Assembly: GCF_009914755.1 (NCBI RefSeq)
Contig: NC_060945.1
DNA: 64,000 nucleotides
From: the human T2T-CHM13v2.0 reference genome, Homo sapiens
Direction: 5' to 3' (one strand)
Below, in pieces: positions 54,947 through 64,000 of the stretch. Every line of letters begins with the position of its first letter. The stretch's first letter is position 1. Made by a program: the position numbers and the translations under genes. Below the pieces are notes generated by a model that saw nothing but the letters and a program-made list of their open reading frames with translations, did not search any database and was not told the origin of the DNA.

Positions 54947-56993
54947 AGATGAATTGATCATTAAGTAATTAAAAGACATTAATTAAGACAAGAAACTCAA
55001 ATCAGCGAGCAACAACTAGGAGAAAGGTGTGTGGAGGATTTTTGTAGCAGTTTGCCATAGATCAAGCATAAAGGCTGGAAGGGATGGATATGACAGGTAC
55101 AAAGAGAGTGACTTAAGTCTAAATATTCAAGACAGGGATTTTCTGAATACAGAAAACTTTTCTCATCTCTGGCGAACTTGAACTAGAATCAGTATTAAGT
55201 GAAGATTATGTGATGAATATCTGGCATACATCATTGAATCTATTTCCAAATCTCTTGTGGATCAACTTCCAGAAACTAGGACTGAGAAAGGAGAGGTTCT
55301 CACACTTCAGGTACTTTCCATAAAGATTTTTTGAACCTAGAAATCTATGTCTGGGTTTATTTTCTGCTTTCACTATCATCCCAGAGGTCCAGGACCTGCT
55401 GCTCATCGTATTTGAAAGGGAGGCTAAGAGTCAATTGTTTCTAAATTCTGAGGCAATTTACAGTTGATGTGATCTTTTGTTCATGAGCCTTTGAGGCCAA
55501 AATTTCAAGTTAACCGATTTTAGTTTATTTGCTCCTGTATGCATGAAATAGATGAGACAAAGAACAACTGATATTTACTGAGCTTCATTTGAATTTTGAT
55601 GGGAACCCTATTCTCAGCTCTTACCCTAAAGTGCAGTAACCTATCAGTGGTTTCCAAATCCCTGGGGCTTATCTGAATGCATCACTTAAGCTGGAGTAGG
55701 TTTCTGAGACTGGGTAATAAAACTTGCTGAAACAGGAATGGAATACTTAAAGAAAATACTGAGGACAATTTTTTTATTAATATTTCATTTCTGGTCTAAA
55801 AAAATGATATGTGTTTGATCCCTCCACTTCACTAGGCATTGTAATTTAGTGAACATTCTGATACTTAGATTTCAGAAACCTTCCCCAGAGTCTCTTTGCA
55901 AATTGTGACTCAACTGCATTCACAGATGGAGTGCAAAAACTGAGATCAGATGTTGATGTTGAAAGTACTGCAGAAGGCACAAGTAAATGACAATACAGAA
56001 AAAACAGGTCATTAACTGGTGTACGAATAAAGTAGCCAAAGGTTTTTCTGATTTTTGAATAGAAACCTTTTGCCTTCAGAGACTTTTCTCTTACCCATTT
56101 CAATTGGATTTTCTTTTACTTCAATTAGACAACAAGCAGACAACAACACAACTACCTTTATACTAGTGAAGAGTAATCATTTCTATATGAGTAATAATGC
56201 AACATGAAAAATCCCACAAAATATTGTTTAATAAACTAAGTCTTGTGGATGTGTGTGAAAAAGCTAGCCAGAAATATTCTTTTTTCTAATTCTGTAGTAG
56301 AAGAATTTAATGTGATGACTTTAGGTGTGTGTGCATGTGCCTACATGTGTGAACAAGTATACATGGGTGTACTGTGTGTGTGTATCACGTGGTGCAAAAC
56401 TAATTGCGGTTTTTGGATTTACCTTTAATGGCAAGACCAGCAATTCTTTTTGCACCAACCTAATATTTAAGTTACATGTCCTATGAAAATTATAATGCCT
56501 TCTGCAATTAATTGTTAAATATGAAGTAAGAAAATCAACATTAATGTGTTTGATAAATCTTTGTCGCATATGCTTATCAGCTAAGTGTTTATTATACAGG
56601 ACCTCACCTCACACACCTGAGAAAACACATCACACGTCTACCTTCATGAAAACATGAACTTGCTACTCCCACCATTATTAGTGTAGACAGAGAAGTATCA
56701 CAGGTTATGTAGGGCATCCTAACTTATCTGAATCTTGTTTCACAGTGAAATTACCGTTTCTGTTTATATTTAGAAGGGGATATTGGAATGCACTCACCTT
56801 TTTTTTCTCTAAAGTCTCATATAAAAGTGAGTTAAAATAAGTTCCTTTTTGGTATTGTTCATAAGTATTAAAACATTAAATATGTTTATCATCACCTAAA
56901 AAACATAAGATTACAAAGCTGTGGTTTTAGCCAACTTTTTTAACTTTATGTGCCTAGAATGTAATATTTCCGGCAATCTGGCAAGAGTTCACA

Positions 56994-57096
56994 CATCTGC
57001 ACCTCTTCCAGTTTCCCGTGGCAGGTGAGTTTCTCCTTTGTTAAATTGTTTGGCAGGCAGCTGTGAATTTATAAATTTGCAACAGATGTCTCCAAT
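56994..57096. promoter_or_regulatory. Candidate enhancer/promoter motif cluster
   Basis: CATCTG, CAGGTG, CAGCTG, CAGATG E-boxes; CCTTTGT/ATTGTT SOX-like sites; TGGCA half-sites; TTTATAAA; CCAAT. Confidence 0.3.
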
Positions 57097-59241
57097 CAGA
57101 ATCATATACATTTTGTAGTCTAAGGCTGAGTCTGGGGAAGCTGAACAGGACAGGGAAGGATGTATAATTTTATTTTATCTAAAAATTTATAAATTTTAGT
57201 TTTTGTGTGAAAGTTGTGCTTTTTACACCTAGGTAAACAATCTGAGTAAAATAAATAAACAGAGGAGTATTCCATAAATGGATTCAACTGAGAAATTAAT
57301 CTCAAAAACTTTGGTTTTAAAATATATATGCTTTCTAAAAAATATTTTTCTTGGTAGAATTAAGAATAATATATGTCCAAAAATCATTTTACATCCTTTC
57401 ATGGAAATAGACCTCTAATATAATATGAGGTCATCACACTGAATAAAATGCTCATTATATCTTTATTCTTACTACAAGTAGGAAAATTCATGAAGCTATA
57501 GATTACTACTGGGGGGAAATGAACAATTGGAGTTATTAGTTAGTTTAATTATATTTTTAAATGGTGCTCCTGTCTAAATTATTATAATAACATTCTACTT
57601 TGATTTAGTGATTCAAACACAAATATCCACATGGAGGTAACTGAGACATAAGCTGAGTCGGGCATGGCCGTTGCTCAAGCATTACCAGTGGTATTATCTT
57701 CACATCACTTATCCCAATACACCCCAATGTTTGTCTTTTATGATTTACATAATATTAGATTGTCTCTCTGCTACCTCTGTCTTGGTCCCCATTAGAACAA
57801 ACATACCTTTCTCTGTACTCAACAGATCCCACTTTCTGTCATCCTGCTTTTTTACACTTAGTCTATATTTTATTACTCAGTCTTTCTCTGCATGGCAATT
57901 CATTCGAATTCATATAAATACCTACCTCACACATACACACTTTTATGTACACACATAAAAATAATAAGCATACACAAAAATTCTCAAGATATTCACATAT
58001 GCACAACTGGAATAATAGAATGCATATTAGTTTTAACAGATAATTAGCTTATGTTTTATTAGGGTTTTGTTTAATTCAGTTTTGCTCCAATCTTCACTCA
58101 TCCAACTCTCAGACATATCCTCCAACACACATACATAAACACGTACACTTACACAGAGTACAAACATAGAAAGAAAACAAAACACCAGATTAACTGATTG
58201 TATTCTACGTTAATTTCTTGTTAATATCACAATTATATTATTGTATATAATGTTGTTTATAATATATAATATTACTGCATAGATATAAATACTTTATCAG
58301 GTATAAGTGGATTTTAGGATTTTTGATTTTCAAAAATAATATTGTATAATATCTATTTCTTCTGTATTTTGCCATTCTCACCTTCAAGACAATAATTACT
58401 TATAGTCTGCTAAATTCCATTCTAAGCACTGTGGACATAACATTGAACAAAAGAGATCCGAAAGAGCTTAAATCAATGAAAAGCTTTCTAAATAGTAAAA
58501 CATTCTTTAGTTATAAATTTCTTTCTAAACTCTTCCTTTTATATTGGAAGGAAAAACATTATTTCTTTATATAGATTTGCTTCCAAGCTATTATATCCAT
58601 TTTTACTTTTGCTTTTCTGATAGTATAATTTTCAGATGTTCACACATCTGTTTGGACACAAAATGAGCAGGTAGGGCCCACTAAATCCTAAAATATACAG
58701 TTATTTCAGCCAGTATTATCCTATCATTAGCATATCAATTGTGGGATAGTGGCAAGGAAAATTCAAATGATGTGGTTTGGCAAGAGTCCCAAAAGATCAG
58801 ATGGTTTGTATTATTTCCTAAACTCTATGTTTTATTATTTTATAACTTTATTTTTGTCTCATTTCCTCAACTTCACTACCACAAAACTTTATCTAAATAA
58901 GGGTTTTATTTTGGTACCTCAACAAATAATATAACCTTTAATATTTAGAATTTAACTTTGGACCCAAATCCTTTCACATATTTACTCCCTTGTATACTTT
59001 GTTATTGCACATTCTAGTATACTATCCCAAGGTCTTCCTGTCAAGGTGCTGTTAAACACACATGAAGAGTACATCAAAAATTCATTGTTTTCTTAGAAAT
59101 CAGAGCTTCTTTTGATAATCTACACATCTTCATTCATACCTTTTAACTATTAGAGGCCACCTCCATTACCTTGAGTAGCAACATAGAAATTCATAAAAGT
59201 GTCCTTCTATTTAAGTGTCCTTCATTCACTTTGTAATTTCT

Positions 59242-59740
59242 TTTTTTAATCTTTTTTTTTATTATACTTTAAGTTTTACGGTAGATGTGCACAACGTGCA
59301 GGTTAGTTACTTATGTATACATGTGCCATGTTGGTGTGCTGCACCCAGTAACTCGTCATTTAACATTAGGAATATCTCCAAATGCTATCCCTCCCCCCTC
59401 CCGCCACCCCACAACAGGCCCCGGTGTGTGATGTTCCCCTTCCTGTGTCCATGTGTTCTCATTGTTCAATTCTCACCTATGAGTGAGAACATGCGGTGTT
59501 TGGTTTTTTGTCCTTGCGATAGTTTGCTGAGAATGATGGTTTCCAGCTTCATCCATGTCCCTACAAAGGACATGAACTCATCATTTTTATGGCTGCGTAG
59601 TATTCCATGGTGTATATGTGCCACATTTTCTTAATCCAGTCTATCACTGTTGGACATTTGGCTTGGTTCCAAGTCTTTGCTATTGTGAATAGTGCCACAA
59701 TAAACATACATGTGCATGGTGTCTTTATAGCAGCATGATT
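59242..59740 (-). mobile_element. L1PA3/4-like 3' segment with poly-A (non-inverted part)
   Basis: Near-consensus young L1 3' UTR; 16-bp TSD TCACTTTGTAATTTCT (59226-59241, 60069-60084). Confidence 0.95.
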
Positions 59741-60068
59741 GAACAGACATTTCTCAAAAGAAGACATTTATGCAGCCAAAAGACACATGAAAAAATGCTC
59801 ATCATCACTGGCCATCAGAGAAATGCAAATCAAAACCACAATGAGATACCATCTCACACCAGTTAGAATGGCCATCATTAAAAAGTCAGGAAACAACAGG
59901 TGCTGGAGAGGATGTGGAGAAATAGGAACACTTTTACACTGCTGGTGGGACTGTAAACTAGTTCAACCATTGTGGAAGTCAGTGTGGCGATTCCTCAGGG
60001 ATCTAGAACTAGAAATACCATTTGACCCAGCAATCCCATTACTGGGTATATACCCAAAGGATTATATA
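59740..60068 (+). mobile_element. Inverted ORF2 C-terminal segment of the same L1PA insertion
   Basis: Translates as ORF2p cysteine-rich region ([18 protein letters not shown]). Confidence 0.95.
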
Positions 60069-62610
60069 TCACTTTGTAATTTCTAAAGTGAAAGAAGAAA
60101 GTGTAACAGCAACTAGTTTAGAACGAAGAGTGTAGAGACTAATGTAGGGGACATAAAAGGAAATTGAAAAGACAAATGAGGCTTTGCAGGCAAACGAAAA
60201 GTTTCTTGAATCAGAGGTAAAATTTAAGGTTAGCCATCTGAGCCAAAGGAAAGTTATTACCATTTCTTGAATATTTGCCATATGACAAGTCTTGCAAGTA
60301 ATTGTTTATGTGTAAAAGTGTGCCTCATTGCCATTAATATTACCACAAATCATAGGCTTCAGACATGAAGTGTTTTACGGAACAGAACACTGGACTTTGA
60401 AGTTATTCCGAATGCTTTAAATTGTCAAGAATAGTCACTTCATTATAATCTTTGTAAGTTTTATTTAATTACTGATTGGTTACTGGGAGAAACTAATGTG
60501 TTAGTCTTTTATCACCAAACACAGCTGCATGAATTTACTTAGTTGACTTGCCTTGGGAGGATAAATCCCCTGATAAAATGGGGCATATGGGGTGAACATT
60601 TAATTGGGATTGAGGTGATTTAAGGACAGTAGACCCAGGTAAAAATATATTAAAGAATTAGCCATGTTCATACACAAATACAAATGAAAACGTCCTCTTT
60701 GGCTGGCTTTATAGTGAGAGATAGCAACATGACATTTATATTAAAATGTATATTCCTCTTTTTGGAAATTATCATTTATCTGACAGTTAAGAAAACAATT
60801 GATGAAATCTGGGGCAAATAGAGAAACATGAGGAAATATAAACATTTCAAATAAAGGGGATTAAAGAGGATTAAGATACTAATTATACGTTTATGTATAC
60901 AGCATATTTTCATTCATGTTCTCATGTAAAGACAATCACTTTTGACTTTCACAACTCTTTGAGAGAAACATGTTGATGTTTTGTTGTTTTAATTGTTAGC
61001 AACAACAACAAAAGTTGAGATTCATAAAATTTAAAATAAATTATGAAAAGCCAAGAATCAATAAACTGACTCAATTTGGAAAAACTAGGTCCAAGATGAG
61101 TTCAAAATTAATAGGGATTTTTAATTTAAAAGATATTACCTAATGTTTCCTAAGGATATATTTTTCCTCACTAAAGTATCTTTGGAGACATATAAAGAGC
61201 TGACCATTATAATAAAATTAAGTTATAATTCTAATTTTGACCCAACATTTAAGAAAATTCCACTGACAGAAAATCTAGTGTAGTAAATTAATAGACGCAA
61301 TGAGAAACTGGAACATAATTTACCATTAAAAGAGAGGAAAACATACGAAACTCTGGAAGATTGAAAAAAAAACAGGGTGGTGATGCTATATAGTTATCTG
61401 AATGCTTACAACAATCATTCTGTCATGTTAAAAATTGTTTTTTCTTTTTTCCAAAAGGGTTACTTTTCCACAACTCCATTCATAGTTCCTCTTATAATAC
61501 ACTTCACATATAAAATAACAAGTATATAAAGCAAATCTAAGGGATCAATGGGTGTAAATTAGGATTTACATTGTATGAAGCAATTTACAATTAAAACAAT
61601 TCTGCATACAACTATAAAGAATAGAGAAGTTCTGTTTAGTAGAGGAAACACTAACTGTAATTTTATAGAGCACTATTTTTAATAAGATTATCAGAGAAGA
61701 CAGAAAAAAGTTTAGGGAATGTCCCATCTCAACCCATTAGAGACAGTGTGGTGAATTTCTGCTATATATTAGGGAAAAAATTATAAAAATTGATCTGATC
61801 TTCATCTACGGCCCTGAATGTAGTCCAATGATAAAGATTAAAACCACCCACTACAAATATGTCCATAACCACTTGACATGAATTATTGCAGTTAATCATT
61901 TAAAAACCTGTAAGAAAAGTATATTCTCAGCAACACATGAATATCTTGAGCCAAAGATGTTTTAAATAATATAACTAAGGTCTAATAGTAGTTTTCGGAG
62001 CCTGGAAACAAACCACCTAACAAATCAGCTAAAGACAACTGAAAGAAACTTATAATAAACTAAGTTACGTTTATTATTTGACAAGTAAAATACATACAAG
62101 AAAAAATAATATTGAAACTTAAAGGAAAACTGAAGATCAAGTATCCCCAAGAAACGTTAAGCAAGGTAAAGAAAGAAAGAGAGAGAGAGAAAGAGATAAA
62201 AAAAAATTAAGACATATAAAAATTAACAACAAGGAGAATTCCTTGACTTTTAAAATTATTTTTATTTACATAACGATTTATCTTGACTTTTATTTTTAGC
62301 TTTTGGGGTATTTCAGTTTTTTAGAATTATAAATATTGATGCTCATGAACATGTTTGCACACAAATGCTTTTATAGCTCTAATTATTTCCTTACAGTTGA
62401 TTCTCAGAGTTGAAACAACTTGGATAAAAGGTGTAAGCATTTTTAAGGCTCTTTGTAACTGTTTCAAAATGAATATGGTGTATGATAGTGTCTTTTAAAA
62501 AAATGCTAAATAGGTATGTGCTTAGCAATGGAGCTTCAAAATGCAAGAAGCAATAATTGAGAAGGCTCAAAACAGAAGAGATACTTTAATTTTGAAATAT
62601 TTGGATATTT

Positions 62611-62660
62611 TAATCTCTCAATTTATAGGGCAGACTAATCTCTCAATTTATAGGGCAGAC
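62611..62660. repeat. Perfect 25-bp tandem duplication
   Basis: TAATCTCTCAATTTATAGGGCAGAC x2. Confidence 0.97.
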
Positions 62661-63037
62661 ACAGAAAATTAGTAATGTTAGAGAACTACTGGACAACACT
62701 ATCAATACATTGATCTTATTGCCATTTATAGAACACTCTCTCACTCCAACAACAACAGAGTATTACTTTCTAATCACATGCACCATTTTTGTGATGCCAT
62801 ATTCTGGTTCCTAAAACAAAGTCCAATATTAAAAGAATTGAAATCATGCAAAACACATTTTCAGAGTGTAGCACCATTGCACTTAAAAGCAATTAATAGA
62901 AGATACTGGAAAGTTTGCAAATGTTAAGGAGTTGGGTACCATTTTAAGCCTTGTAAATCCCATCTTGAATTCTGGTGGAAACTGAAACTTACAGAATTCA
63001 GCAAATGTCAGGGACTTGTACAGGTGTAATTAGATGG

Positions 63038-63391
63038 GTAGACTGGAAAGTCCAAGAGCATGACTTAGGTATCTGCTTGGGTTATAGTGAGGGCCCCATG
63101 CTGCATCACATGATGCAGAAGCAGAAGGGGAAGTGGATGTGTGCAAAGACAGCAAACACAAAGGGAAACTTTGCTTTATCACAACTCACTCTTGTGGTAG
63201 CTAATCCAGTCACACAAGAACGAGAACTCACTACTGAAAGAATGTCATCAAGCCACTCACCAGGATGGAGCTCCCATGACACAAATGCCTCCTATTAGGC
63301 CCTACTCCCAAAAGTTTCCAGCTACTAACATTGCTGCACTGGGAATTAAGGTTCTAGCATGAGTTTTGGTGGGGACATGCAAACCACAGCA
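63038..63391 (-). mobile_element. MST-family LTR (MSTB2/MSTC-like), partial
   Basis: GACTGGAAAGTCCAAGAGCATG...CATGAGTTTTGGTGGGGACATGCAAACCACAGCA. Confidence 0.8.
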
Positions 63392-64000
63392 ATATATATT
63401 AGGAAACAATATAAATATTGATCTACTGCAGTTGCAGTAATTAAACAAACATTGAGAGTGTTCATCTAAAATTATAACAGTAACTTTGAGAAGTTATGAA
63501 AAATTGTACCACTAGCAAAACTGAAGTCAGAAAAGATTAGGAAAAAATAATAATGTCAATAGACTTATTTATTAAATAATTTAAGTCTGTAAAAAATATA
63601 AAAAAACTTTTGAAAACATTCATGAACAAAACACTTATCAAGGCCAGATTAATGTTAAAGTACTATCAAACATTCAAGGAGTAATAATAACAATTTAATT
63701 TTACTTTTTATATATGTAACATATAAATGTAATAACAGGCTAATTTAGAAGTGTGACTATCACCATACCAACTTATAAATTGAACAGAACTTTCTTACAA
63801 AAACTAGACAAGAAAATTACAATCCAACACTTCATTAAGGCACATTAAATGATTCTAAATAAAATATCATAAAAATGAACTCAACAACTTATAAAGAGAA
63901 TAACACATCAGAACAAATTGGTTTGTCCCTTGAATACAAAGTTGTTTTATAATATTAAAAATCTCACTCACATTAAGAGATTAAATATATAATTAAATAT

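Larger units (their letters stand above)
62515..64000 (+). mobile_element. Ancient L1 (L1M/L1ME-type) ORF2 remnant interrupted by an MST LTR
   Basis: EN-domain-like GGACAACACTATCAAT...ATTTATAGAACACTC, AAAAGAATTGAAATCATGCAAA; ATCAAACATTCAAGGAG. Confidence 0.65.

Noticed and set aside
59739-60086. 115-aa ORF with a CCHC motif
   Set aside because: L1 ORF2p C-terminal fragment in a truncated, promoterless insertion; not a host gene

Overview
AT-rich primate (human-like) nuclear DNA with no recognisable protein-coding gene, tRNA/rRNA gene or CRISPR array. Much of the window is decayed transposons: 14 dimeric Alus plus a FAM monomer and a 55-bp micro-Alu; L1s of several ages, two with twin-priming 5' inversions; L2 and MIR; ERV1 solo LTRs (LTR8/LTR8B-like, MER61); a 3'-truncated MER4 provirus with a tRNA-Arg-like primer binding site; MaLR LTRs (MLT1, MST, THE1); and two Tigger-family DNA transposons. 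Nearly all ORFs in the supplied track are chance, repeat or microsatellite translations. The main lead is a set of minus-strand segments with strong splice signals (48252-48158, 44167-44131, 34948-34784, 14083-13986, with possible upstream exons near 54.2 and 56.8 kb). They join in frame into a 112-aa ORF with one hydrophobic stretch, and two of them have recursive-splice-like CAG|GT starts. This is a hand-built model, not an established gene. Other notable structures are a microsatellite fold-back inverted triplication (52.5-52.8 kb), a perfect 52-bp palindrome (27.1 kb) and a one-LTR provirus flanked by a ~50-bp duplication. Repeat family names come from recalled consensus sequences and need RepeatMasker/Dfam confirmation.
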